Assembly (NCBI GenBank): GCA_023254095.1
Contig: JALNLM010000001.1
Span: forward strand, 112,062 to 136,061
Length of the DNA: 24,000 nucleotides
DNA from: Candidatus Geocrenenecus huangii
GTDB lineage: Archaea > Thermoproteota > Nitrososphaeria_A > Caldarchaeales > Wolframiiraptoraceae
Direction: 5' to 3'
Below the pieces are notes generated by a model, which did no database searches, was not told the origin of the DNA, and saw only the letters and a program-made list of their open reading frames with translations. Both the position numbers and the translations under genes were made by a program. This document shows, in pieces, positions 1-9,764 of the stretch (position 1 is the stretch's first letter; every line of letters starts with the position of its first letter).

Positions 1-1398
1 AGGATCATATGCGGCCATGAGTAGCGCTCCATATTTTCCACTTCTTCTACCTCTTCCATGAAATGCTCCGACTACAACGAGGTCCACTGTATCGATCATC
101 TCACTCTTATAGTCGCGTTTATACTTGATCCAAAGCCAACCTCTAGCCCCAGCTCTATATATGGCCTCTTTACCTAATGCTTTAACAACTACTCCTTCGC
201 AACCTACCTCGACCGCTTCATGGAAAAATCTCTCAAGTCCTTCAGAACTATCCGTATACACTGCTTTGCTCAAGTTTATCCTCTCACCTATCTTAACTAT
301 TTTTTCAAGTATCTTTCTTCTTTGTTCAAGTGGTTCAATGGTTAGATCTCTTCCATCTACATACAAGACGTCGAAGAAGTATAAGCTTACAGGATATTCT
401 TCTATAGCCTTGTGTATTTCATGCTTCCTCTTACGGTGCATTAGTTCTTGGAAAGGAAGCATCTCCCCAGTCTCCTTCTCTATTGCTACAGCTTCACATT
501 CGAGTATTGCTTCATCCGCTAATACCGATTCCTGAACGAGCTTTACAACGTCTGGATACTGTGAAGTGATGTTCTCCTGTCTTCTAGAGAAGATGATGAC
601 GTCGCCGCCTTTCTTATGAATCTGCATTCTCTCCCCATCATACTTGTATTCCACTATACATTTTCCTCCAACTTTATCTAGGATTTCTGTAGCAGAGGAT
701 AACCTTTCAGCCAGCATAGGTCGGACCGGTCGACCTATGGTTATCTTGATATTCTTTATACCTTCCAAGCCTTCACTAACTGCAATCTTTGCCACATACC
801 CGATGTCTGAAGTTAGGTTGTATGCTCTCTCAAAAGATTCTCTTGCTTCTTTTCCCCCACCATACAGTATTGCGAGCGCATCGAGGATAGTCATATCGGC
901 CACTCCTAGTCTTAGTTTGCCTGTAACTATTCTAAGAATGTATTTAGCCTCCTTTGGTGTAGCTGATGCTAATAATCCCACGAGGATCTGTACCTTCATC
1001 TCCATAGCTCCTTCTCCAACAGCTCTAGCAATCTTCTCCAGTGATTGGTAAACCTCCTGAACTGTTAATTCATGCATATGAAGAGTTATCTGACTGCGCT
1101 TCTGTAGAAGCTTTTCAGCCACTAGCCCTATATCTCCTAGCCTACTATATTCTTCTTTAACAAACTTCTCATGTTGTCCTGAAGCGAGCTTAACAGCCCT
1201 GAGAGCTAGTTTATCAGCTACGCCTAACTCAATCCCCGTAAAGGGTGGATAGATCTCTCCAACCGTAAGGTACACGATCTTATCTATAATTTCAGGGGGG
1301 CTTTTCTTCAATAACTCTACTAAGAGATTCGTCATCTCTATTCTACTAGTAGTCGCTTCAATCTTCTCATAGTAATCTGTAAGTTGAGAGAAATGCAT
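1..1398 (-). CDS. lig: ATP-dependent DNA ligase (archaeal/eukaryotic type), 3' end runs off the window start
   Basis: Reverse-strand translation from ATG at 1398: MHFSQLTDYYEKIEATTSRIEMTNLLVELLKKSPPEIIDKIVYLTVGEIYPPFTGIELGVADKLALRAV... Nucleotidyltransferase motif KYDGERMQIHKKG and later KEGVVVKALG...GWLWIKYKRDY are present. Not in the ORF track because it is truncated by the window edge. Confidence 0.95.
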   Translation of the reverse strand, partial: MHFSQLTDYYEKIEATTSRIEMTNLLVELLKKSPPEIIDKIVYLTVGEIYPPFTGIELGVADKLALRAVKLASGQHEKFVKEEYSRLGDIGLVAEKLLQKRSQITLHMHELTVQEVYQSLEKIARAVGEGAMEMKVQILVGLLASATPKEAKYILRIVTGKLRLGVADMTILDALAILYGGGKEARESFERAYNLTSDIGYVAKIAVSEGLEGIKNIKITIGRPVRPMLAERLSSATEILDKVGGKCIVEYKYDGERMQIHKKGGDVIIFSRRQENITSQYPDVVKLVQESVLADEAILECEAVAIEKETGEMLPFQELMHRKRKHEIHKAIEEYPVSLYFFDVLYVDGRDLTIEPLEQRRKILEKIVKIGERINLSKAVYTDSSEGLERFFHEAVEVGCEGVVVKALGKEAIYRAGARGWLWIKYKRDYKSEMIDTVDLVVVGAFHGRGRRSGKYGALLMAAYDP

Positions 1399-1539
1399 TC
1401 CAATGAAATCTTACGCAACGTCTAATTAAAGTTTTAAAGATGTGGATGGATGCATCTTACTTGAATATTTCTCCATTAGATTTACAAGGAATCTCCTAAA
1501 TCATAATTCCGTGATCGTTCCTTAAGTATATAAGGAGGA

Positions 1540-4257
1540 TTGAAAAAGGTTTATTCGATGAATTCTTCAAATGTTTCCGAATTATTAAGAACTTATAAAG
1601 GTAGCGCTAGGATATGGAATCCGGCAAGATTAGAAAAGGTAAATCTATCATCGATGCCATACTCTATAAGAATTCTCCTCGAGAATGTTCTCAGGAATCT
1701 GGATGGAAAGGTTGTTACTGAAGAAGATGTCAAGACGTTAATAAATTGGAGAGATAACATCGGAAGAGAGATCCCATATTTTCCCAGTAGAGTAATCTTA
1801 CAGGATTTCACAGGTGTTCCCGCATTAGTTGACCTTGCAGCTATGAGGGATGCAGTAAAGAAAGTCGGCGGGAACCCGAAGATCGTTAATCCACTCGTCC
1901 CTGTACACTTGATAATAGATCATTCTGTCCAGGTAGATTTCCACGGTACAAGCTATGCCCTCGAACGAAACATGGAACTGGAAATAGAAAGAAACATCGA
2001 AAGATATAGATTTCTTAAATGGGCTGAGAAGGCCTTCAAGAATCTTAAAGTTGCATCTCCGGGTTTCGGTATAATACATCAGGTTAACTTAGAGTATCTA
2101 GCACAAGTTGTGCATCTAGCTAGAAGTAATGGTAGGCTTATAGCTTATCCAGACACTGTTATAGGTACTGACTCACACACCACGATGGTTTCTTCTCTGG
2201 GAGTACTCGGATGGGGTGTAGGAGGTATAGAGGCTGAGGCAGTAATGCTCGGTCAACCATATTATATCTCGATACCGGAAGTGATAGGAGTAAGGCTGAT
2301 TGGAGAACCGGGAGAGGGGGTGACACCTACAGACATAGTCTTAACAATCACCGAGATACTTAGGAAGAGGAACTTAGTAGATAAGATTGTTGAATTCATC
2401 GGTCCAGGCGTTAGCAGGCTTTCCACACCAGATAGAGCAACGATTTCTAACATGTCTCCTGAATATGGTCCTCGAACCGCATATTTCCCAATAGACAAGG
2501 AAACATTGAGATATCTTTCCTTGACTGGTAGAAAGTCGGAACATGTTAAATTTGTTGAAAAGTATTCGAGGAAGATTGGGATATTTAGAGAAGAGTCATC
2601 TCCAGAACCAGAATACATAAACGTGGTAGAGATAGACCTAGGCGAGGTTGAACCTTCTATCTCGGGTCCATCGAATCCTGAAGACAGGATTCCACTACGC
2701 ATGGTAAAAGAAAAATTCATCCAGATGCTTAATGAATACATTGAGGAATTTAAGAAGGCGGGAGCATCCGTAGACTTTTACGTTAAAGCTCCACTGGAAT
2801 TAGATGGCTTGAAGATGGAGCTAACGCATGGAAACATCGTTATAGCTGCTATAACGAGCTGTGTAAATACTTCTAATCCCACATTGATGATCGGTGCAGG
2901 TCTACTTGCTAAGAAAGCTGTAGAAAGGGGATTATCTCCTAAACCGTGGGTTAAAACTAGTTTCGCACCGGGAAGCCCCGTAGTGGTAGAGTATCTCAAG
3001 AAAGCGAATTTACTCCAGTATCTCGAAGCTTTAAGATTCCATGTAGTAGGATTTGGTTGTACAACATGTATAGGGAATACTGGGCCACTCCCCCCAAAGA
3101 TCGCGGAAGCAATTAAATCTAATCATCTTTACGCTGTAAGCATACTAAGCGGTAATAGAAACTTCGCTGGGAGAATACACCCATTAACTAGAGGAAGCTT
3201 CTTGGCATCTCCTCTATTGGTCGTAGCATACGCCTTAGCAGGTAGACTCGACATCGACTTATACAATGAGCCGCTGGGATTAGACCCGAATGGCCAGCCA
3301 GTATATCTCAAAGACATATGGCCCAATATAAGAGAGATCAGGGAAATAATGGAAAAGGTTATTAACCCATCAGACTTCAGGAAGAAGTATAGCAAGATAT
3401 TTAAGGGAAGTGAGAAGTGGAGAAAGATCCAGGTTGAGGAGTCAGACCTCTATCCATGGGATGAAAAATCAACTTATATTCGTAAGGCTCCATTCTTCGA
3501 AGACTTAACACTTGAGCCTCCAGAACTGAAAGACATAACGAATGCTAGAGCCCTAGTTCTGCTAGGAGACCGGATAACTACCGACCACATATCGCCTGCT
3601 GGGTCCATACCAGTAGATAGTTTAGCAGGAAAGTATCTAATCGAGAAAGGAGTTAAACCTGAAGAATTCAACACGTATGGATCGAGGAGAGGAAATCATG
3701 AGGTAATGATTAGGGGAACTTTTGACAATGTCCGGTTAAGAAACTTGTTAACGCCTGGAAAAGAAGGCGGATGGACCATACATATTCCCACTGGACAATT
3801 AATGAGGATATATGAAGCCTCCCAGAAATACAAGGAAGAAGGTACCCACATGATTGTAGTTGCTGGAACACAGTACGGTGCAGGAAGCTCAAGAGACTGG
3901 GCAGCCAAAGGTCCATACCTGCTTGGAGTTAAAGCAGTCATTGCTGAAAGCTATGAAAGCATACATAGAAGTAACCTAGTAGGCATGGGTATACTACCGC
4001 TACAATTTGAAGAAGGACAGAGCTGGAAGACCCTAGGATTAACTGGGAAGGAAATATTCCACATAGAGGGTATACAAGAGGGGTTGTATCCGAGAAAGAA
4101 GCTTAGAGTGAGAGCAGTAAGAGAAGACGGCTCAGAAGTTGTTTTTAACGTGATCGCTAGATTGGATACAAATACTGAGGTCGAATATTTCAAACATGGT
4201 GGCATACTAAAATACGTATTGAGAAAGCTACTCAAAAGTTCAAGAAAGGCGGAGTAG
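1540..4257 (+). CDS. acnA: Aconitate hydratase, AcnA/IRP type
   Basis: 905-aa ORF with aconitase hallmarks: DSHTTMVSSLGVLGWGVGGIEAEAVMLGQP, ITSCVNTSNP, GFGCTTCIGNTGPL (cluster Cys), GSRRGNHEVMIRGTF, GAGSSRDWAAKGP. TTG start follows AAGGAGG; ATG at 1558 is an alternative. Confidence 0.96.
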   Translation: MKKVYSMNSSNVSELLRTYKGSARIWNPARLEKVNLSSMPYSIRILLENVLRNLDGKVVTEEDVKTLINWRDNIGREIPYFPSRVILQDFTGVPALVDLAAMRDAVKKVGGNPKIVNPLVPVHLIIDHSVQVDFHGTSYALERNMELEIERNIERYRFLKWAEKAFKNLKVASPGFGIIHQVNLEYLAQVVHLARSNGRLIAYPDTVIGTDSHTTMVSSLGVLGWGVGGIEAEAVMLGQPYYISIPEVIGVRLIGEPGEGVTPTDIVLTITEILRKRNLVDKIVEFIGPGVSRLSTPDRATISNMSPEYGPRTAYFPIDKETLRYLSLTGRKSEHVKFVEKYSRKIGIFREESSPEPEYINVVEIDLGEVEPSISGPSNPEDRIPLRMVKEKFIQMLNEYIEEFKKAGASVDFYVKAPLELDGLKMELTHGNIVIAAITSCVNTSNPTLMIGAGLLAKKAVERGLSPKPWVKTSFAPGSPVVVEYLKKANLLQYLEALRFHVVGFGCTTCIGNTGPLPPKIAEAIKSNHLYAVSILSGNRNFAGRIHPLTRGSFLASPLLVVAYALAGRLDIDLYNEPLGLDPNGQPVYLKDIWPNIREIREIMEKVINPSDFRKKYSKIFKGSEKWRKIQVEESDLYPWDEKSTYIRKAPFFEDLTLEPPELKDITNARALVLLGDRITTDHISPAGSIPVDSLAGKYLIEKGVKPEEFNTYGSRRGNHEVMIRGTFDNVRLRNLLTPGKEGGWTIHIPTGQLMRIYEASQKYKEEGTHMIVVAGTQYGAGSSRDWAAKGPYLLGVKAVIAESYESIHRSNLVGMGILPLQFEEGQSWKTLGLTGKEIFHIEGIQEGLYPRKKLRVRAVREDGSEVVFNVIARLDTNTEVEYFKHGGILKYVLRKLLKSSRKAE

Positions 4258-4263
4258 ATCTCA

Positions 4264-4274
4264 CCCCTTTTTTT
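4264..4274 (+). terminator. Possible poly-T terminator after acnA, in the convergent gap
   Basis: CCCC followed by 7 T (4268-4274) just after the acnA stop, between convergent genes. Confidence 0.3.
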
Positions 4275-4292
4275 ACATTCCTTTCAAAAAGC

Positions 4293-5204
4293 TTACAGTT
4301 GTGATATCTCTGCACCAATATTACGTGCGGTTGTGAAGATGAACCTAAAACCCTCTACGCTTCCGAGTTTCCTACCTACCTCTTCAACCCCTGATCTTTC
4401 CACGAACCCATATATTGTCGGACCCCATGAACTTTGACCAATACCTCTTACTCCAATTTTTCTTAGCAGCTCAACAACTTTTACGGAGTCTTTGAAGTAT
4501 CTGCCAGATTGAGCGGTCTCGAAGAATCTGGATGTCATTGCATCGATTTCTTCAATAGCTTGCGAGAATCTCTGAAAATTCTTCTCAATTAGAGATGGTA
4601 GAAGTTTCATCAAGATTATCAAGGATGTTTCTCTAGGATCTCCGCTATCAGGTCTCTTCAATGCCTCAAATTCTATTCTCCCATGCAAGCCTATTCCTTC
4701 TTCTGTCGGAATTGCTAACAAGATCATCCATTCCTGAGGGAAGTCAGCTCTGAACAGTAATGGTGGAATATCTGTATCAGATTCTTTACCTCCGTCAATA
4801 GTCAATCCACCCCTCTGGAATAACCAGTAGCCTGCACCAGATACTGTACATCTGTTAAAGATCAAAGCTATATCTCTAGACGTTAGATCAAGGTCATAGA
4901 GTTTAGAAGCTGCTAATCCGATCGAGAGAATAGTCTGAGTCCCAGATCCTAATCCAACGTGTCTAGGAATATAGTTAAGGCATCTAACCATTAAACCGTT
5001 TATTCCCAGTTTCCCAACGACATCTTCAACAAGCATTTCCAACCATTTAGGACCATCGACAATGATACTGTCGCATTTAGAGACAATCATAGACAGCCTA
5101 GGATCGTTCAAGTAAAGTCCTACTGAACCCCATCTACGTCCAAGAACCCCCAATGGATCAATAAATCCTAAATGGATTCTTGATCCAGCTTCTACCTTAA
5201 TCAT
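4293..5204 (-). CDS. Beta-ribofuranosylaminobenzene 5'-phosphate (beta-RFAP) synthase, GHMP-kinase fold
   Basis: MIKVEAGSRIHLGFIDPLGVLGRRWGSVGLYL and the glycine-rich motif PRHVGLGSGTQTILSIGLAASKLY; C-terminal QSSWGPTIYGF. These are family hallmarks of the methanopterin pathway enzyme. Confidence 0.9.
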   Translation of the reverse strand: MIKVEAGSRIHLGFIDPLGVLGRRWGSVGLYLNDPRLSMIVSKCDSIIVDGPKWLEMLVEDVVGKLGINGLMVRCLNYIPRHVGLGSGTQTILSIGLAASKLYDLDLTSRDIALIFNRCTVSGAGYWLFQRGGLTIDGGKESDTDIPPLLFRADFPQEWMILLAIPTEEGIGLHGRIEFEALKRPDSGDPRETSLIILMKLLPSLIEKNFQRFSQAIEEIDAMTSRFFETAQSGRYFKDSVKVVELLRKIGVRGIGQSSWGPTIYGFVERSGVEEVGRKLGSVEGFRFIFTTARNIGAEISQL

Positions 5205-5336
5205 CGATCTTCAGAACCTTAAACCATAATTTCTGCGTATTCTTTTATAATTTTAAAGTCTGTTTACTATGTTCCGAGCTGGAAAATTTAATGATGCTTA
5301 TCAAGACGCTATCTTTGTAGGAATAGTAATAGTTAT

Positions 5337-6251
5337 ATGGGAGCCGCCTGGACTGAAACTGTAGTCTATAATATGTCGATGAGTAACGTTCCTAACGTTC
5401 AAGATGAAGAACCGAAAGTACAAATTCCGATAAATAGGGTCGGGTTCAAGAATATAAGGATACCTGCAGGTAAAATGCTTTTAAATGGGTTAGAGATATT
5501 TTTCATACCCAGGTTTCATATATCGGTAGATTTGCCTAAAGACAAACGTGGTGTTCATGCATCTAGAATATATGGTATCGTCTCAGAAATAGTTAAGGAG
5601 TATTGGGGGAAGAACGTAGAGCTCGAGGAGATTGGGGAGGAGATCGCTAAAGGATTATTGAAAGCACATCCGTACTCGAGTAAGGCATATGTTGTTATAG
5701 AGTCTTCAGCATACTATAAGGCTGAAGCACCTATTACGAAATCCACCTCCTACGAACGCTTCAAAATATATGTAAAAGTTAAAGCATACAGGAACTCGAA
5801 GAGTATAAAATATTTTGGAGTGGAGGTCGAGGGATTAACAGCCTGTCCATGTGCTAGAGAAGTCGTAAAGAAAGCTTTCCCTGGAGCGGATACAACACAT
5901 ATGCAGAGGAGTAGAGCCAAAGTCATTCTTAGATTGTTTGGAGATACGAGAATAGACCTGGTCGACCTACTGGACATAGTTAAGTCATCTTTCAGCTCTC
6001 CACTATATTCATACTTGAAGAGAACAGATGAGGCGAAAGTGGTTATTGACGCATTAGAGTCGCCTAAATTTGCAGAAGATACTCTCAGAGAAATAGTAGA
6101 GAAGATTGCTCAGAGGTGGATAGACCTGCCCGATGATTCAGAGATATACGTAAGTGTTGAAAGTAAAGAGAGCCTCCATCCTCAAGATATCGTAGCATTC
6201 ATCAAATTGAAGTTAAGCGATGCGAGAAACCTGCTAAACAAGAGGGTGTAG
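5337..6251 (+). CDS. mptA: GTP cyclohydrolase MptA (FolE2/type IV family)
   Basis: NVPNVQDEEPKVQIPINRVGFKN, ..RFHISVDLPKDKRGVHASR, GVEVEGLTACPCAREV, HMQRSRAKV. Start may be ATG 5373 or 5379 rather than 5337. Confidence 0.92.
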   Translation: MGAAWTETVVYNMSMSNVPNVQDEEPKVQIPINRVGFKNIRIPAGKMLLNGLEIFFIPRFHISVDLPKDKRGVHASRIYGIVSEIVKEYWGKNVELEEIGEEIAKGLLKAHPYSSKAYVVIESSAYYKAEAPITKSTSYERFKIYVKVKAYRNSKSIKYFGVEVEGLTACPCAREVVKKAFPGADTTHMQRSRAKVILRLFGDTRIDLVDLLDIVKSSFSSPLYSYLKRTDEAKVVIDALESPKFAEDTLREIVEKIAQRWIDLPDDSEIYVSVESKESLHPQDIVAFIKLKLSDARNLLNKRV

Positions 6252-6254
6252 GCT

Positions 6255-7052
6255 TTGAGATGGGAAGAGTGGGAGCCAATCTATCTTGAGATAGTTAAAG
6301 AGATGGGCTATTCCATAGAGAAAGATCTTACGGCAGCCTATACATTAAGTCACCTGATAACTGACAGAGCTTTAACCACCGAGGAATTAAGAGAAGAGTT
6401 AGATGAAAGAAAAACTGCGGTAGTCTTCGGGGCGGGACCATCACTTAAAGTAGACATAGAAGAATTCGTTAAGTCGGGCATAATTGATGACGTCGTTGTT
6501 TTTGTAGCCGATGGAGCTTCAAGAGCATTCCTAGAAAGAGGATTAAAGATTGATATTATTGTAACCGATCTGGATGGAGGTGACGAGACTCTAATAGAAT
6601 CTTCTAGGGTATGTCTAGCAACAGTGGTACATGCTCATGGAGATAATATTGAAAAGATAAGAGAACTTGTACCACGACTTTATGGAAAGATACTTGGTAC
6701 AACGCAATGCAAGCCATGCGACCTCCTATACAACTTTGGAGGATTTACTGATGGAGATAGAGCAGTATTCTTGTCGGATGCTCTAGGATTTGAAAACATA
6801 GTTCTAGCAGGAATGGATTTCGGAGAAGAAATAGGTGAATACTCTAAGAGCATCAACAAGCATGATTTTGAGCGGCTTAAGGTTAAGAGAAAGAAGCTAC
6901 GCATAGGTAAGAAGCTACTCGAAATCTACGCATCCAAATCTACTAGGAAACTGTTCAATGCAACTTCTAGAGGTGAGGAAATAAAAGGATTTATTCAAAC
7001 ATCTTTCGAGGAAATAGAAGATGTGCTAAGACAACATGTGCTAGAATCATAG
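6255..7052 (+). CDS. mptE: 6-hydroxymethyl-7,8-dihydropterin pyrophosphokinase, MptE-like (DUF115)
   Basis: TTG start 3 nt after the mptA stop. MRWEEWEPIYLEIVKEMGYSIEKD..., motif AVVFGAGPSL, IDIIVTDLDGGDE, HAHGDN, GFTDGDRAVFLS. Confidence 0.86.
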   Translation: MRWEEWEPIYLEIVKEMGYSIEKDLTAAYTLSHLITDRALTTEELREELDERKTAVVFGAGPSLKVDIEEFVKSGIIDDVVVFVADGASRAFLERGLKIDIIVTDLDGGDETLIESSRVCLATVVHAHGDNIEKIRELVPRLYGKILGTTQCKPCDLLYNFGGFTDGDRAVFLSDALGFENIVLAGMDFGEEIGEYSKSINKHDFERLKVKRKKLRIGKKLLEIYASKSTRKLFNATSRGEEIKGFIQTSFEEIEDVLRQHVLES

Positions 7053-7114
7053 AAGCTAGCCGGTCGTTAAAGGTTTATGTCTAAGCATACTTTCAGTAAC
7101 TTTTGTGATGGAAC

Positions 7115-7912
7115 ATGACCGGAAATAAGAAGTGTAAAATTGGCATTATAGGTGGATCCGGAATTTACGATCCCGGTCTCTTAAAGAATGTAGAGAGAGC
7201 AAAAGTTTACACACCCTATGGCTCGCCAAGCTCTCACATCACTATCGGAGAATACTCTGGGATAACGGTAGCCTTCATCCCAAGGCATGGAGAAGGCCAC
7301 ATTATTCCACCACATGCGATAAACTATAGAGCAAATATCTGGGCTTTAAAAGAGCTTGGAGTCGAGAGGGTGCTTGCTCCAAGCGCTGTGGGAAGTCTCC
7401 AAGAAGGGTATAAGCCAGGGGAACTTGTTCTCCCAGACCAGTACATTGATAGGACTTGGGGGCGCGCCGGAACATTCTACGAGGGGGGTCAGGTAGCGCA
7501 TGTAAGCATGGCCGACCCATTCTGCCCAGAGCTTACAGACATAGTATATGATGTTGCGGTCTCACTCGGTCTACCCATACATAAGGGTGGAACGTACATC
7601 TGTATCCAGGGGCCACGATTCTCAACTAGAGCAGAATCAAGACTCTACAAGAGCTGGGGTGCACATATAATAGGTATGACTTTAGTCCCAGAAGTGAATC
7701 TGGCTAGAGAAGCAAGAATGTGTTATCTAACAATAGCGATGGTAACAGACTATGATGTATGGGCTGAGAAACCTGTAAGCGCTGAAGAAGTAGCACGGAC
7801 TATGAGGGAGAACGTTGAGAAAGTTAAGAAGCTATTAGAGAAGACGATCCCGAAGATACCTGAGGATAGAAGATGTCTATGTAAAAAGTATCTGGACGAG
7901 GCACTTATGTAA
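7115..7912 (+). CDS. mtnP: S-methyl-5'-thioadenosine phosphorylase (PNP/MTAP family)
   Basis: [95 protein letters not shown]. Confidence 0.93.
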   Translation: MTGNKKCKIGIIGGSGIYDPGLLKNVERAKVYTPYGSPSSHITIGEYSGITVAFIPRHGEGHIIPPHAINYRANIWALKELGVERVLAPSAVGSLQEGYKPGELVLPDQYIDRTWGRAGTFYEGGQVAHVSMADPFCPELTDIVYDVAVSLGLPIHKGGTYICIQGPRFSTRAESRLYKSWGAHIIGMTLVPEVNLAREARMCYLTIAMVTDYDVWAEKPVSAEEVARTMRENVEKVKKLLEKTIPKIPEDRRCLCKKYLDEALM

Positions 7913-8147
7913 ACTTCATCTATTTATATGAAATTTCTCAATAATTCTAAAACTTGTAGATTCGATAATAGAACAATGTTCATGAAAAGTTTGACTCTTA
8001 CTGAGATCTCAGGCTGCTGTAATAAGTTTACCTTCTAGTCGGGTCTCTTCCCTCAATTATCAGGTTATATCTTTAATAGTAGTCGTCTTAAATCTCCAAG
8101 TATCTATGGAATTCTTGTAGGTGTAGTCGAACCCTAAAATTCACCTC

Positions 8148-8157
8148 AACATTTAAA
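8148..8157 (+). promoter_or_regulatory. Putative archaeal TATA box for pheS
   Basis: AACATTTAAATC is centred about 8153, which predicts transcription start near 8178-8180, about 15 nt before the extended pheS frame opens. Confidence 0.4.
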
Positions 8158-8248
8158 TCTAGCTGGATTGACTAGATATGCTTTAGAGGGATAGATTATT
8201 GTTTCAGAGATTACGCTTCACTGGCTTGAGAAGAGCCTAGTCAAGTTA

Positions 8249-9736
8249 TTGAGAAGAGAGGGGAGGGCTCTAAGTTTTGAGGAGGCTGCAAATCTTCTTA
8301 ACAGAGATGTCGGTACGATAGCTAAAACTGTTCAATGGCTTAGGGAGAAAAACCTTGTAGAGGTCGAAGTAAGAACATCGAATCTTGTATCTTTAGGATC
8401 GGAAGGTCAAATCTATTCCGCTGATGGACTTCCTGAGAGGAGGTTGATAGAGATGCTTTCAGAGGCAGGAGGCGTAGCTAGCATAGATGAGCTGAAGAAA
8501 AGTCTTGGCGAAGACGTCTTCCAGATAGGCTTAATCTGGGCAAAGAAGAATCAATGGATAAATATAGAGTCTACTGGCCCCCAGAAATCTGTCAAGCTAA
8601 TACATTATCCGGGAGAAACATCTGAGGAAAAACTTCTTAAACATTTAAGAGAGAGGGGAGTAGTTGAATTCGAAGACCTCGGTGAAGACTTAAAGAAGGC
8701 TTGCATGAACCTTAAAACTAGACAATCTGTCATCAATATAGATGAAGTTAAGAGATATTACGTGAGGCTTACAGATAAAGCCTTGCAGATCCCAGAAGGA
8801 GAACTGCATATACAGGAAGTTACCAGGTTGACGAAGGACATGCTTACCTCGGGCTCGTGGAGACAGTATAGGTTCAGCAGATTCGATATCAGCGCTCCCT
8901 CGAAACCAATCTACGCTGGGAAGAGGCATCCTCTCCAGAGATTAATAAAAATTGTTAAAGAGATATTTGTCGAGATGGGGTTCGAGGAGATACGCGGACC
9001 CATTGTAGAACTTGCTTTCTGGAATTTCGATGCTTTATTCCAGCCTCAAGACCATCCTGCAAGAGACATGCATGATACCTTCTACCTAAATTATCCTAGC
9101 ACTGGCCAGTTGCCTGAAAACCTAGTAGAAAGGATAAAAGATGCGCATGAAACAGGTGGTTCGACGGGGTCGCTTGGATGGAGATACAGATGGAGAAGAG
9201 AAGAAGCTGATAAACTAGTTCTCAGAACTCATACTACTGCTACCACCATCAGATATCTTGCTGAGCACCCTGACCCGCCTGTAAAAGTGTTCTCAGTAGA
9301 TAGGATATACAGGAATGAAAAAGTAGACTGGAAGCATCTAGCAGAATTTCATCAGATTGAAGGAATAGTAATGGATAAGAATGTATGCTTCAGAGACCTC
9401 ATAGGATTGATTAAAGAATTCTACTCCCGTCTAGGCTTGAAAGATGTGAGGTTTAGACCAAGCTACTTTCCATACACTGAGCCTTCGGCTGAAGCGATAG
9501 TATATCTTAGAGAGAAGAACACATGGCTAGAATTGATAGGGATGGGGATCTTTAGACCAGAGGTCACTCAGCCTCTAAATGTCAAGTACCCAGTTCTAGC
9601 TTGGGGAGGTGGACTTGAACGCCTTGCACTAGCATTGTACAATCTAGAAGACATAAGAACATTCTACATGAATGATCTTAGATGGATTAGAAGCATCCCA
9701 AGCACTTATCTTGATAAGAAAATCGGATTATCGTAG
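8249..9736 (+). CDS. pheS: Phenylalanyl-tRNA synthetase alpha subunit (N-terminus probably extends upstream to about 8195)
   Basis: Class II aaRS motifs: KRHPLQRLIKIVKEIFVEMGFEEIRGPIVE, DALFQPQDHPARDMHDTFYL, VDRIYRNEKVDWKHLAEFHQIEG, WLELIGMGIFRPEV, AWGGGLERLAL. Frame is open upstream to TAG 8192 and encodes IIVSEITLHWLEKSLVKLL. Confidence 0.95.
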   Translation: MRREGRALSFEEAANLLNRDVGTIAKTVQWLREKNLVEVEVRTSNLVSLGSEGQIYSADGLPERRLIEMLSEAGGVASIDELKKSLGEDVFQIGLIWAKKNQWINIESTGPQKSVKLIHYPGETSEEKLLKHLRERGVVEFEDLGEDLKKACMNLKTRQSVINIDEVKRYYVRLTDKALQIPEGELHIQEVTRLTKDMLTSGSWRQYRFSRFDISAPSKPIYAGKRHPLQRLIKIVKEIFVEMGFEEIRGPIVELAFWNFDALFQPQDHPARDMHDTFYLNYPSTGQLPENLVERIKDAHETGGSTGSLGWRYRWRREEADKLVLRTHTTATTIRYLAEHPDPPVKVFSVDRIYRNEKVDWKHLAEFHQIEGIVMDKNVCFRDLIGLIKEFYSRLGLKDVRFRPSYFPYTEPSAEAIVYLREKNTWLELIGMGIFRPEVTQPLNVKYPVLAWGGGLERLALALYNLEDIRTFYMNDLRWIRSIPSTYLDKKIGLS

Positions 9737-9764
9737 AAGATTATCAATTGTAGAGAAAGATCAT

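Noticed and set aside
125-1051. Plus-strand ORFs 125..535 and 644..1051
   Set aside because: Antisense to the clear minus-strand DNA ligase; low-complexity Ser/Leu-rich translations with no family resemblance.
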